Part shown: piece after piece, positions 20,496-31,311 of the stretch
Layout: each line of letters begins with the position of its first letter
How positions within the stretch are numbered: the first letter of the stretch is position 1
Source: an uncultured delta proteobacterium
Lineage (GTDB): Bacteria; Desulfobacterota; Binatia; Binatales; Binataceae
Reading direction: 5' to 3'
Length of the DNA stretch: 64,000 bases
Assembly: GCA_963842085.1 (NCBI GenBank)
Contig: CAWJET010000001.1
Location: 448,001-512,000, forward strand
Notes under the pieces: generated by a model
What the model saw: only the letters and a program-made list of their open reading frames with translations
Told to the model about the DNA's origin: nothing
Databases searched by the model: none
Program-made: the position numbers and the translations under genes

Positions 20496-20998
20496 ATGTT
20501 GAATGTAAATAATTCCGCGCCATCCTCTGAGCCACACACTGCTAAACGCAAATCGAACCGGTCAGCAGCGCGTGCGAAGCAGCCCAATTTTGGTGAAGTG
20601 ATCCGCAGCAGGCGAAGAGAACTGGATCTCACACAGGATGAGGTCGCTTCGCGAATCAAGACCTCGACGCCATATGTGGGGCACTTGGAATCGAGCAAGC
20701 GGCACCCGTCCGACAAGATTGTCACGAGACTGGCGGAAGTACTCGGCCTCGATAGCGCGAACTGTTCTTTCTCGCAAACCCGCACACCGAGGCTTTACTC
20801 TCTGCGCAACCGGAGAGTACCGAAAGTTCGGTTTCGGCCTGGGACCAGTTCCGAAAGAACGAACAACTTCGACGCATCCACAACGTCTCGAATGGCGAGA
20901 TGGAGATGTTGTCGCAAGTGGCACTTCTTGGGGAAGTTCAGTCGCCTCGCGATCTGATCTATATTCTGAACACGGTTCGTCACGCAGTCGGTAGATAG
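20496..20998 (+). pseudogene. XRE-family HTH regulator with a frameshift near 20756 (pseudogene or sequencing indel)
   Basis: FGEVIRSRRRELDLTQDEVA..YVGHLES..LAEVLGLD continues in another frame as RELFFLANP..SAWDQF..HAVGR*. Confidence 0.8.
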
Positions 20999-21146
20999 CT
21001 GTCCGCTATCGTTTGGCTTCCAAGCCGCAAAGCTTTGAGACTCTGGTGGCCTTTGGCCCAGTGCGAGATTGAACAAGGTCAGATCGACTACCTGAGACAA
21101 TGGCCAATTTCGGCCACAAAACTGCCAGCAAGGAGAACACTGGAAA

Positions 21147-21344
21147 GTGTACGAGGCCGACCATAGCCGCCGCCGCTCCGCATGGGAGCAGTTTCGTAGC
21201 GACGAGCGGCTCCAGCATGCCTACAACGTCAAGCCCGAAGAGCTGGAATCTCTGTCAAGGGTGGCGATGCTGGGAAATATCACAAGCAAGGACGATTATC
21301 TGTTCATCCTCAAAATGATGCGGGCCAAGCGTCACCGCTACTGA
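21147..21344 (+). CDS. Small protein paralogous to the C-terminal domain of the upstream XRE regulator
   Basis: 23/49 identities by hand alignment; AAGGAG precedes the GTG. Confidence 0.7.
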   Translation: MYEADHSRRRSAWEQFRSDERLQHAYNVKPEELESLSRVAMLGNITSKDDYLFILKMMRAKRHRY

Positions 21345-21521
21345 CTCCAGCGCGTCTGTCCTAATTTTGGCGACGAATCCATTGTTCCGCCGACCGCTTG
21401 ATAGCCATTGACGGCGACCGGCTTTCGACTGTGCCTCATTTTTGTGCCCCCTCTCCAAAGCATATTGACTACTCCCTAGGATTCGCGCAGCCGGGCGTTT
21501 GATAGGAAGCGATGAAGAGGC

Positions 21522-22028
21522 TTACGCCTTCACCTCGTTGAGCTTCCCGGTAAGCACATCGTAGACAAATCCGCGCACGGGAATTTTGTTGGGTACCCAT
21601 GGATGCGACTTTACCCGCTGGACCTGGCGGCGTACGTTCGTGGTCGTGTCGACGAATGAATGAAAGTGACTAGGCGCCACAACTGCGGTGCCCGTTTCCC
21701 GCTCCAGCCGTTCACGTAGATCCTCGTCCTTGAACGTCAGCATCCCACAGTCGGTGTGATTAATGATCATGAATTCCTGAGTGCCCAGGAGGTAGTGCGA
21801 AATCAGCAGCGAACGAATAGCGTCCTCTGTGGCAATACCGCCGGCGTTACGGATGATGTGCGCGTCGCCGGTCTTAAGCCCGAGAAACTGCTCCACTGTG
21901 AGTCGGGCGTCCATGCACGCAACGATGGCCAGTTTGCGCGCCGGCGGCATTGCCAGATCGCCCAGTTTGAAGTTCTGAGCATATTGCCGATTAGCCTTGA
22001 GTGCCTCATCGATTACGCTCATATCCAA
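21522..22028 (-). CDS. Beta-class carbonic anhydrase
   Basis: ACMDARL, IRNAGG, HTDCGM zinc ligands. Confidence 0.93.
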   Translation of the reverse strand: MDMSVIDEALKANRQYAQNFKLGDLAMPPARKLAIVACMDARLTVEQFLGLKTGDAHIIRNAGGIATEDAIRSLLISHYLLGTQEFMIINHTDCGMLTFKDEDLRERLERETGTAVVAPSHFHSFVDTTTNVRRQVQRVKSHPWVPNKIPVRGFVYDVLTGKLNEVKA

Positions 22029-22049
22029 CCTCCATGATTTTCGTCACGC

Positions 22050-22304
22050 TAACTTTAGCGCTTGCTCAGCCGCCTGTCACGGACGCGATTCATTCTCACC
22101 TGATGGACCGGGAATACTGCTCCGCCAGATCTCCGGGTTTATCGCTCGTGGGGCATCCCGAGGCCGATCATCAACGCGCTTCCATCTCCACCGCGCGTCA
22201 GCGTCTGAGTAGGACACTCGCCCTGCCGCCGGCCTAGTTTATCTTAAGCGGCTTACGATTAGCCCCACGCCGTTCGGCTGTCAACGATATTGTGCGACCG
22301 TCCG
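22050..22304 (-). repeat. ~255-bp non-coding leader, second copy inverted at 34455-34716
   Basis: Shared TTGACAGCCGAACGG..TAAGCCGCTTAAGAT..GGTGGAGATGGAAGCGCG..CCCGGAGATCTGGCGG..GGCTGAGCAAGC. Confidence 0.9.
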
Positions 22305-22713
22305 GGGTTCCCGCTTCTTGCTCTCCCTATTCGCAACTCTGAACTCGGCGCTTTACATTTGCTTCGCTCTCCGCACTGTATTCCTGGCCTTTCAACTGGA
22401 AAACCATTCCCCACAGCGGCATCCAGCAGAATTGGTTGCGCCCAAGTAAATCAGCAAGCGCGAATTCGGCCGTAGACGCGCTTATTTCCATCGAATCCTG
22501 CGGAGAATCTCTGAACGCGAAGACTGGGTGGCGGGGGTTTTTACCGCCTGACTACGACCGGAATCGATTTCATCGAGAACCGCGTTCTTGAGAAACGAAA
22601 GCGTCGCTGGGAAACCTGGTTGTTGGCTATACCCGCTTTGACTGGCCTGATTGGAACGCTTACCGCTCTCGTCTTGGCGCTTTGGCACCATTCAAACTAG
22701 ACCTCTTGGAATC

Positions 22714-22950
22714 ATGCTCCAACCCGATTTCGACCCCGCGCGCCGACAGGCGTTCGCATCCACTGCTGCAAATACGTTTCGCAGTGCAGAGCACGCAGTT
22801 GCCTGAAGCGCGCGACTCTGATCGCTGAGAAAGTCGATACCGCTGGGCGCCACGTTCGCCAGATCGAACCGTGCGGCGCGGCATTGCCAGATCATTATCG
22901 AGCGCGAGCGCTCTCGCGGGCTTGAGATTTGCGACAGACAGATTGAATAG
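22714..22950 (+). pseudogene. Small Cys-rich protein, frameshifted copy 1
   Basis: MLQPDFDP..RIHCCKYVSQC..C..RATLIAEKVD..RQIE.C..HC..GLEICDR; paralog at ~25710. Confidence 0.6.
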
Positions 22951-23053
22951 CTCCCATGCGCCAGAGGACGTGCGCAATCGCGGTCAAGCCTAGACGCTAG
23001 GCGGAAACTGAGAGATAGTGGAAGGGATTCGCAGACCAAGGGGACGTGCGATC

Positions 23054-23635
23054 ATGAGAGCGCGTCGGTTAAGGCTAACTCTATCCGGAATGGCCCTCGC
23101 GGAGATGTTTATCGGCGGACTCGCGTTCGCTCAATCGGCGCCAAAGCCCGTCGTCAGGACGGACCATCCCACGAACGCCATCCGGCCCACGGTTCAGCCC
23201 GTGAGCGCCTACGAGCGCTCCGGACTTCTTTTTCCGTATCCCGACTTTCCCATCGAAGTTGTGGTCGGCTTTTCCCCCGGCGGCACGCCCAAGTACGAGC
23301 TCAGAACGTTTGGTTCTTCGATTCCCGACACCGAGACCGAGCTCGACGAGCTTAGGGTCAACACGCTCATTGGCGGGGTTCCGGCCGTGCCCAACGGCGG
23401 CGCTCCCGACGCGTCCGAGCCGGCGCATACGGCGCCGCGGGAAATCGGGCTGCGCCAGGCGCTCGACGCGCAGGGTTACAGCTCGGTCCATTTCAAGATG
23501 GACGGCGACACGCTCATCCTGTGGGGCACGGTGCCGACCGAGGCCGATCGTCTGATGATCGAGACGCAGGTTTTCTTCGCGCATTTTTATTCGATCGAAG
23601 ACCATATCCAGGTGCGCGAGTTCGCCGAACCCTAG
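23054..23635 (+). CDS. Secreted protein with C-terminal BON-like domain
   Basis: Signal peptide ending AFA-Q; LRQALDAQGY..VHF..GDTLILWGTVPTEADR..IEDHIQV. Confidence 0.7.
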   Translation: MRARRLRLTLSGMALAEMFIGGLAFAQSAPKPVVRTDHPTNAIRPTVQPVSAYERSGLLFPYPDFPIEVVVGFSPGGTPKYELRTFGSSIPDTETELDELRVNTLIGGVPAVPNGGAPDASEPAHTAPREIGLRQALDAQGYSSVHFKMDGDTLILWGTVPTEADRLMIETQVFFAHFYSIEDHIQVREFAEP

Positions 23636-23817
23636 TAGCCGCTTCATGATTGTGGCTGAGCCGGGCCGGGAAACTGTTTGACACTCGCCGCGGGTGGCTC
23701 GCTGAGATTGTCGCGGCCTGAAAAGGTTTCGCCTCGGAAAGAGCGGCTCAGCGATGCGCCGCCTTGTCGTGGAGCGAAGTTGTCGGTCGCGCGGGGCCGT
23801 TTGATAACTCAACCTCG

Positions 23818-24048
23818 ATGAAGGCCCGCCACGCGGCCGCTTGCGCCCGTTGCGGGAAGGTCGGTAAGCAGCGCCAACTAGACGAGCTTCTCCGGTTTAG
23901 CAGGGACGCGCCCGCCGTCGTGCTCTGTGATCGATGCGTTCACTTGCTCCGATACGCCGACGCCAAGACGTGGAAGTGGTTTCGGGAATACCGCGACCGT
24001 TTGATCGAGTCAGGACAAATGAATCAGCGTACTCTGCCGCGCACGTGA
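23818..24048 (+). CDS. Small zinc-ribbon hypothetical protein
   Basis: CARC...LCDRC pair. Confidence 0.5.
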   Translation: MKARHAAACARCGKVGKQRQLDELLRFSRDAPAVVLCDRCVHLLRYADAKTWKWFREYRDRLIESGQMNQRTLPRT

Positions 24049-24192
24049 TCGCGCACCTAGTGGCGAGGATACGTACTATCAAGGAATCGCTTTAGGCGGT
24101 TGGCACATCTCGAGATTTTTCGATTGTCCTCGAACGAGATTGAGTCCGAAAATTCGCGTCGGTAACCTGTCAGTCAGAGGTTGAACGATTAC

Positions 24193-25689
24193 ATGGCGGA
24201 TACTCGCCTGCCGGAGCTTTTCGGAGACCGTTGGGAGGTCGTGCGCCCACTCAATGGCGGCGGTCAGAGCCACGTTTACATCGTCCGCGACCGCTTGGCT
24301 CAGCAGGTAGGTGACCTGGTCCTCAAGCACATCGATAACAGTCGTGACAACCGTGACGAGCGATTCCGTAACGAGGTCGAGGCAGCGATGCGCCTCAACC
24401 ACCCGAATATCATGCGAGTCATCGACCATTCCGACTTCAGCAGGGCCGGAAGCGACGAGCCGATGTATCTCGTGATGCCCTTCGCAGCGGCAGGTTCGTT
24501 GACGAAGCGCGCGGCACTTTACAAAGACCAGATCGATCCCACGATCACTGTTGCCAAAGCGCTGGCGGCGGCACTTGCCCACGCGCACAAAAACGGCGTC
24601 ATTCATCGGGACCACAAGCCCGACAACATCCTGTTTGCAGCCGAAGACCATCACCCGTTACTCGCGGACTTCGGCATCTGTCTGATCCAGGGAGCAGCGC
24701 GATTCACGGGAGACGCAGAGATCGTCGGACCTCGCTCGTTCATGGCCCCGGAACTCGAAGATGGCGGTAAACTAAACGTGACGCCCGCCGCAGATTTGTA
24801 CTCCCTTGGCAAGGTTATCTACTTCATGATTTCTGGTGGTCGCATTTTTGCGCGGGAGCGACACCGCGAACCGGACTATGACCTTTCGCAGACGAGCGGA
24901 CGGCACGCTCAGATCTGGCTCCTGCTCGATCGCTTGATTTGTCCTGTCGCTGACCGATACAGCCGTGCTGAGGAAGTGATCGACCGCCTCGAAAAAATCG
25001 AAGGCTTTGGGAAGAGCGCAGCGGTCCCCCTCGGGGACGGGGCCAAGGCGCGACTCCGAGGCATGGTCACCGCGGACGCGGCTCACAATGCAGCGATTCA
25101 GAAACATCAGGAAGACGAACGACGAAAAGAGGCAGCGTTCGAGAGTTTCGTTCAGGACGTGGCAGCGACGACGAACGCGGCCCTGAAATCGTTCGCGGAG
25201 GAGATTGGACAGGAAGGATACATCACTGCGACTGCTATAGACGCGGCTCCCGCGGCTGGGGTACCCAACGGTTGGGATGCTGCGTGGGGAGCGCACCGAA
25301 AAATAAAACCGCTCTGGGTGGCCAGCATCAAAGTTAATCGAGTGGCCGCGATGCCCCCCGAGCATTTCCTCAGCGTCTTTCTCGCCATCGAACTTAAAAC
25401 GATCGTACGTGCCGTCGAAACCGGAAAGCCGCTACCGCTCGTGTCGCATGTGCCAGATGACGCGATTCTGTTTCCGATCTACTTTCGAGGTCCCGAGTGG
25501 GGGTTTCTCGTCCAGCATCAGGCCACGCAGGTTCGTAGAACCTTTGCCGGCGTACAGCCTGCGATGTTCCTAAACTTACGCCCGAGCGAATGGCCTGCCG
25601 ACGGCGATAAGGTCAGGAAGCTTCTGCAGGGAAGTGTTGAACTGTTCGTGGAGTATCTCGCCGCCCAGGGACCGATACTCGGCGGCTAG
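24193..25689 (+). CDS. Hanks-type Ser/Thr protein kinase, cytoplasmic
   Basis: GGGQSHVY, VLK, RFRNE, HPNI, HRDHKPDNIL, DFG, FMAPE, DLYSLG; no TM segment seen. Confidence 0.9.
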   Translation: MADTRLPELFGDRWEVVRPLNGGGQSHVYIVRDRLAQQVGDLVLKHIDNSRDNRDERFRNEVEAAMRLNHPNIMRVIDHSDFSRAGSDEPMYLVMPFAAAGSLTKRAALYKDQIDPTITVAKALAAALAHAHKNGVIHRDHKPDNILFAAEDHHPLLADFGICLIQGAARFTGDAEIVGPRSFMAPELEDGGKLNVTPAADLYSLGKVIYFMISGGRIFARERHREPDYDLSQTSGRHAQIWLLLDRLICPVADRYSRAEEVIDRLEKIEGFGKSAAVPLGDGAKARLRGMVTADAAHNAAIQKHQEDERRKEAAFESFVQDVAATTNAALKSFAEEIGQEGYITATAIDAAPAAGVPNGWDAAWGAHRKIKPLWVASIKVNRVAAMPPEHFLSVFLAIELKTIVRAVETGKPLPLVSHVPDDAILFPIYFRGPEWGFLVQHQATQVRRTFAGVQPAMFLNLRPSEWPADGDKVRKLLQGSVELFVEYLAAQGPILGG

Positions 25690-25709
25690 CCGCTTTGCGC
25701 CAGTTCTCA

Positions 25710-25940
25710 TTGCAGCCCGATTTCGATCCCGAGCTGCGAACTCTCCGCATCCATCGCTGCGGCTACGTCTCGAAATGCAAAAAGCGCGGATGCCGCGAAC
25801 GCGCGACGCTGATCGCCGAGAAGGTTGATGGCGCCTGGCAGATACGTTCGCCAGATCGAACTGTGCAAGCAGCACTGCGACATCGTCATCGAGTGCCAGC
25901 GAAAGCGAGGCTTGAGATTTGCGACAGACGGAGGAGAATG
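25710..25940 (+). pseudogene. Small Cys-rich protein, frameshifted copy 2
   Basis: LQPDFDPELRTLRIHRCGYVSKC..C..RATLIAEKVD..RQIELCKQHC..LEICDR. Confidence 0.6.
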
Positions 25941-25977
25941 GCGCTCTTAATTAGGACGCTACTGTACTTGGTTCAAA

Positions 25978-26265
25978 GTGGAAATTCTGGCTGAGACGCC
26001 CGCGAAGCAATTGCAGTTCCAGCTTCGCGGTCGGGAAATCAATCGGATCGAAGCCGTCAGCGACGTGGTGTTCGGTTTTGCGCTCAGTATGCTGGTGGTC
26101 TCGCTGGAAGTTCCCCGTACCTATACTGATCTCATTGCCGCAGTGCGTGGCTTCCCGGCCTTCGCGCTGACCTTCGCAGCGCTGATGTGGGTGTGGGTAC
26201 GGCACTATTATTTCTTTCGCTACTATGGGCTCGACGACCTCACCACCATCTTTCTCAACACGGGA
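25978..26265 (+). pseudogene. TMEM175/DUF1211 family channel, N-terminal fragment
   Basis: RIEAVSDVVFGFALSMLVVSLEVP; similarity is lost after FLNT. Confidence 0.75.
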
Positions 26266-26544
26266 ACCCGATTTGTGATGCGAATCCGTTTGCGGCTTTG
26301 CTTTGACAGGACGTCAACGACTATCAGAGCGGTATGCGGCGACAATGGCTCCATCCGAATCCGATCTCCTTTGCCGTACCGCAACCGAGCGGTTTCTCCA
26401 CGGCCCCGGCGCCGATTGCAGGCAACACCTACGCACTCACGGTGACAAATCGGGACGGGCAGACGACGACGCCATTTCCTCTGCGCGTCAGCGTCAAGAA
26501 TCCCATGGTCCCTTATGCGGCCGTGTTTCGCTTCCTGGAACAGG

Positions 26545-27072
26545 TCAGGCACCCTCGCGATTTCGGAACTGGCGGTGGCCTGAATCCGGCGGCAGCGTCA
26601 GCAGCTCGTGGCTGAAGAACTCACTCAGGTACTCGATCAGGTTGCGCATCGAAATGACGCTGGTCGGGCGGCCGGCGTCGTCGATCAGCGGAATGTGGCG
26701 GAATCCCTCGAGCACCATCTTGCTCAGCGCGAACGCTACGTTCGCGTCGGCCGGGAGCGTGAACGGGTCGGCAGTCATCGACGCTGACACCGGAGTGTGG
26801 ACGAGGTCGAGCGATTGGCCGGCTACCTTCATCAGGACGTCGCGTTCGGTGAAGATGCCGGCGAGCCGATCGTTCTCCATGATCAGAACGCACGCGCGCC
26901 GCTCCTGCTGCATCAGGTGAATCGTGTCGGCGAGAGTGGTCGAAGCGGAGACCAGCAGCGCTGGCTGCGATACAACCTCGCTCAGTGCCGTGTCGGCGAG
27001 GGCGGATTCGAGAACTTGAGGCCCAGGATGTTCGTCGTCGAACAGCTCGCGGTCATCGTCGTCGCCTGGCAT
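26545..27072 (-). CDS. CBS-domain pair protein
   Basis: LAGIFTERDV, MTADP, GFRHIPLID. Confidence 0.88.
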   Translation of the reverse strand: MPGDDDDRELFDDEHPGPQVLESALADTALSEVVSQPALLVSASTTLADTIHLMQQERRACVLIMENDRLAGIFTERDVLMKVAGQSLDLVHTPVSASMTADPFTLPADANVAFALSKMVLEGFRHIPLIDDAGRPTSVISMRNLIEYLSEFFSHELLTLPPDSGHRQFRNREGA

Positions 27073-27158
27073 GACTCAGCCCTCCGATGCCAATTTTCTG
27101 CGCTCGTCCAGACTAGGATGTTATCCAGCTTAGAGCAAAGGGCGGGAGCACGCATGCG

Positions 27159-28080
27159 TCAAGCATCGCGTCTCGAATGGGCAATCTCGCGCATCAGGAG
27201 TTTTGCTATGATGCATGATTGCTGACAAGCAACCGGCTGATACATCCACCACAACCCCACGCAGACACTGATCGCGGCGAGCCCATCAACCCAGATTGGA
27301 GGCTTCAAGAGCACCAAGGCGATCGTGATCAGCGCTGTCGTTGGAGCGGCAAGCAGCGGTCGCAGCCAGTCCCGGCGGGCGACGACCCCGACCTCGGCCA
27401 CGACGAATCCAAAGAACACGGACAGCCACAAGGCCAACTCCGCGTAGGCAGCCGGTGGCGCTTGCGGTGCCACGCCCTCCGCTCGCGCCTTGATGCCCAG
27501 CATGTTCTGCCGCACGGCGATGAAGTCGCTGAGGTCGGCGAATAGTTGGATGGCGATGTAAGGTGCCGTCCAGTTGTAAGGAGCATTGCGTATCCGCCAC
27601 AGCAGGCGTGTGTGACTCGCGTCGACGGGGTAAAGAGCTAGTGCCATGCTGTCGTGCCCACTCTCGCTCTCCCACACGACGTAGCGGTTCGGTTCGACCG
27701 CCGCGACCTTGAAGTTGATTCCCTCCCAGATCGGCACGGTGTCACCGACCTTGACGTGTTGCCACTCTGGGAGGATGCGGTTGGCACTGGGAATACCCGC
27801 ATTGTCGATCAAGTCGTAGCCGTACCACCCGGCGCGCTTGTACCCTATTTGCGCGAGCCACGGCCAGACCTGCTCGGGCCGCGCATGAATCGTGACGGCG
27901 CGAGTTGCGTTGAAGACAGGCCGTGGCTGGATCTCGTCGCCAGGGATGGCTCGCGCGACTTCGTCGTCGGTAGTACCCCAGCGCAGTTGTCGCGGACGGT
28001 AGACGAACAGATACGAGGCGAGGGCGATGACCAAGGCCAACCCGATCCGACCTACATAGTGCCGCAAAGGCTTCTTCCTT
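27159..28080 (-). CDS. SRPBCC/START-like membrane protein (5' end uncertain)
   Basis: WGTTDDEVARAIPGDE, TRAVTIHARPEQVWPWLAQIG..RAGWY. Confidence 0.72.
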
Positions 28081-28121
28081 TCGTCCTGTTGTGACCCATC
28101 AGGGCGGCACCGGCGCGGCGG

Positions 28122-28156
28122 GAGTTGGAATTGGAAAGTCAAAAAGGAAATCCCGG
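28122..28156 (+). mobile_element. Isolated IS1380-type right end
   Basis: GAGTTGGAATTGGAAAGTCAAAAAGGAAAT.CC matches 36425-36459, downstream of the IS1380 transposase fragment. Confidence 0.7.
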
Positions 28157-28214
28157 TTAAGAGAAAACAGGAATGGCCGAAGCAGACACAAGCACGAAAT
28201 TGCCGTTAAAAATA

Positions 28215-28420
28215 GGCCAGGCATACTTGGTGTTTGGCGCCTTTATCGCAGGCATGATGCTGGGGCGTTCGACCCGGCTGCGGCGCCGCGATCGCACCGA
28301 ACTGGAAGCAGCGACCATCGGCGTGTTCGCTCCGATCTTCTTTGGAACTCGGGCCTCAGGGTGGACCTGTTCGCGCTCCACGGCGTCGGACTGCTCGCGA
28401 TTGTCGTTGGTGCGACGCTC
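28215..28420 (+). pseudogene. Cation/H+ antiporter internal fragment
   Basis: VFGAFIAGMML..FAPIFF..SGLRVDL with a frameshift. Confidence 0.6.
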
Positions 28421-28789
28421 AAAAATTATCACGAAAAATTGAGCGAGGTGTCGGAGAGGGGAGTGGCGTCTTTTGAAATCCAGAGTGGCGTTTTTTCGCC
28501 AAAAGTGCTATACAGGGATCGTCGGTGTCTCATCCCCTCGATGAAGCCGAAGGCACGCCTGGAAAATATGCCCTCATGGTGAAGCCAATGCGTGCCTCGC
28601 CCTCTCAGCCCACAAGCGCGAGTGCGTGGCGGATAGTCCTTCTTCTTCGTGCGCTTCTTTCGCAGGCGCCGGCGCATCTCGGCGGGCGGACAACGAGGGC
28701 GTCAATCCTTCCACCAACGCTGCGATTATGCGGGCCAAGTACTCTGTGGGTGAAGCGGTGGCGCGTGCATGTGCAACGTCAGAGGCATC

Positions 28790-28900
28790 GTTTCGACCGA
28801 TCAAGCCGCGTTGTGGCGCGTCCTGTTTTGAACGGACTTCACCACGAGTACAAACTCTTGGCCCCCGCTGCATGAGTGTCGTTGAGTTTTTGCGGACCAC
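28790..28900 (+). mobile_element. IS3/IS481-like integrase-core transposase 3' remnant
   Basis: RVVARPVLNGLHHEY C-terminal signature. Confidence 0.6.
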
Positions 28901-29128
28901 CGTAGGTCTCCCATGCGGCTATCGCCTCCAAGAGCCGTGCCTTCAGGTCTTTCGCAGTAAGCGCCTGAGTTTGAGATTTGCTCGAACAGCCGTGAAATCT
29001 CCCGTCCTGCCAATCGCGCGCCGATCTGCTGGCCGCGGTTTCCCTGTCCGCCGTATTGCGGTAATAGGCCCTATTGAGGCGCGAGAACTTTCCAGGGCGG
29101 AGCCCATTCATTCTCGCGAGGTAATCGT

Positions 29129-30355
29129 ATGGAACGCAGCACGAATCGAATTCTCACCACCCATGTCGGCAGCCTCGTCAAAACTCCCGAAGTCATCGAC
29201 CAGATGCGCGCGCAGGCAATGGGCGAGCCATTCGATGAGGACACTCTCGCCAAACATCTCCGAACCGGGGTCGCGCAAGTCGTTCGCAAGCAGGCCGAAG
29301 TCGGAGTCGACGTTCCGAGCGACGGCGAATATGGAAAGAGCAGCTGGATGGGCTACGTGTGGGACCGGATCTCCGGACTCGAGCCTACGCATCAGCTTCC
29401 CACCCAGGACGGCGTGAATTGGTTTACCCTTCGCGCGCAGCAGTTTCCCGGCTTCCACCGCGCCTACGACCGGTTCGAAACGACAGTGTGGATGCCCGAT
29501 CTGCCGTCCGGAAAAAAACCTCAGAACGCCAACGTACTGAGATTCTTCGTCGTCACGGGTCCGGTCAAGTACAAAGGTCACGCCGCGATCCGCCGCGATA
29601 TCGAGAACTTCAAGGCGGCGCTCGCGCAGAACAAGTTCGTCGAGGCGTTTCTGCCCGCTGTCGCACCCTGTAGCTGCTCGTTTCCCGGAATGAATCGCTA
29701 CTATAAGAGCGAAGAGGAATACCTGTTCGCCACGGCCGACGCCCTCCACGAGGAGTACAAGGCGATCGTCGATGCGGGCCTGCTGCTGCAAGTGGACGAT
29801 GCGATTCTGCCTATGATGTACGTGGTCGGCGCGCCCGGCCAGGACCTGCAGAAATATCTCAAGTGGGCCGCGATGTGCATGGATGCGCTCAATCACGCGC
29901 TCCGCGGAATTCCCGAAGACCGCGTCCGCTACCACATATGCTGGGGCAGCCAGAACGCGCCTCACACCTGGGACATACCTCTCAAAGAAATCGTGCACCT
30001 CGTGCTCGGGGTAAAGGCGCAGGCCTACTGCATAGAGGCGGCTAATCCGCAGCACGAGCACGAATGGCAGGTCTGGGAGAAGGTGAAGTTGCCCGCCGGC
30101 AAGATCCTGATTCCGGGCGTGGTCACTCATTGCACCAATGTCGTCGAACATCCCGAGCTCGTCGCTTGGCGTATCGGCAACTTCGCCCGACTGCTGGGAC
30201 GGGAAAACGTGATGGGCGGCACCGATTGCGGATTCTCCCAGGGATGGAATTGGGCGCGCGTGCACGAAGAGGTGCAATGGGCGAAGCTCGCGTCGTTAGC
30301 CGAAGGCGCCAGGCGCGCGACCCGCCAGCTGTGGGGTAAATCGGCGGCCGCGTAG
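29129..30355 (+). CDS. Cobalamin-independent methionine synthase II family protein
   Basis: ILTTHVGSL, SDGEYGK, LQVDDA, YHICWG, IPGVV..EHPE, TDCGF. Confidence 0.92.
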   Translation: MERSTNRILTTHVGSLVKTPEVIDQMRAQAMGEPFDEDTLAKHLRTGVAQVVRKQAEVGVDVPSDGEYGKSSWMGYVWDRISGLEPTHQLPTQDGVNWFTLRAQQFPGFHRAYDRFETTVWMPDLPSGKKPQNANVLRFFVVTGPVKYKGHAAIRRDIENFKAALAQNKFVEAFLPAVAPCSCSFPGMNRYYKSEEEYLFATADALHEEYKAIVDAGLLLQVDDAILPMMYVVGAPGQDLQKYLKWAAMCMDALNHALRGIPEDRVRYHICWGSQNAPHTWDIPLKEIVHLVLGVKAQAYCIEAANPQHEHEWQVWEKVKLPAGKILIPGVVTHCTNVVEHPELVAWRIGNFARLLGRENVMGGTDCGFSQGWNWARVHEEVQWAKLASLAEGARRATRQLWGKSAAA

Positions 30356-30851
30356 CTCCTTCATTACGAGCGCCGAAGTCACAGTCAAGGAGATCGACCC
30401 GAAGTGGTAGCGCGACGCTACATCCGGATCGGTGTGTCGCCTGTTCTCGATTTGCGCAGGAGCCGGCGTTTGCGGCCACGACGCGCAGCTCGGGCTCGGG
30501 CCTGCTCGACGGTCGTACCCGTTCCGTGGTCGCTTATTTCCGGTTCTCGACGCCACCGGTTATTGAAACCTGTGACTACTGAAAACCGCAGCTTCGCAGT
30601 TGGTTGGCACGCAAACGGGTCCAGGTGAATCTGATGCGTATGACACTTCAACTGGGATTCGGCTTCCAACTTCCATCTGGATCAGGAAAGAGCCGAACGG
30701 TTGCCGGTTCGCTCGATGAACGGGAATGAGTCGTCGATGGTGCGAAGACCTCATCGAACCGCCCCGTTTTTCGTTATCGCTTCCGGGCTCAGCGCCATCA
30801 CGATCGCCGTTGTGACGGTTGTCTACGGATTACGCTGCAAACGACAGAGTC

Positions 30852-31160
30852 TTAGAGTTTCCATCCATGCCCAAAGATCCTCCCGAGCGGGGCCTGAATC
30901 ACCACCGATGCGATCGAGGTTCCGATCAGGCAGATGGTCGCGGCCACCAACCACCAGGCCGCACGCCGCTGCGACTCCGCGGCCCGGATTTGGAAGTTCA
31001 CTTGCCGCCGCTGCATCTCGACTGTGACGCGGTTCCAGAAGTCAGGGCCACGGTTTGTTTTTTCGCCGTGCTGGAGCGCCTCAATATCCCGGCGCCAACT
31101 TTTAATCTCCTCGTCTAACAGCAACGCAAAGTCCAATAGTTCGTCGCTCTCGTGTTTCAT
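30852..31160 (-). CDS. Small hypothetical protein with C-terminal TM helix
   Basis: GGAGG RBS before MKHESD; AWWLVAATICLIGTSIASVVI. Confidence 0.55.
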   Translation of the reverse strand: MKHESDELLDFALLLDEEIKSWRRDIEALQHGEKTNRGPDFWNRVTVEMQRRQVNFQIRAAESQRRAAWWLVAATICLIGTSIASVVIQAPLGRIFGHGWKL

Positions 31161-31311
31161 GGATGACCTCCTACCGCTATTGGGAAGCACCGGCGATTCA
31201 ACTCCTCGAGGCGGCTCCTTTCGCTGCGCGTTTGAGCGACGGCCTAAGCTATTGAAGTTCCCTCCTGCCGACACGATACTGTCTCAACCGTTCAGTCAAG
31301 GAGAGCCCATA

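Noticed and set aside
22165-22200. Fluoride riboswitch-like GGAGATGG..GATGA in the duplicated leader (minus strand)
   Set aside because: The expected spacing and pseudoknot pairing could not be found by eye; needs an Infernal scan
29108-30277. 389-aa minus-strand ORF
   Set aside because: Antisense shadow of MetE-II
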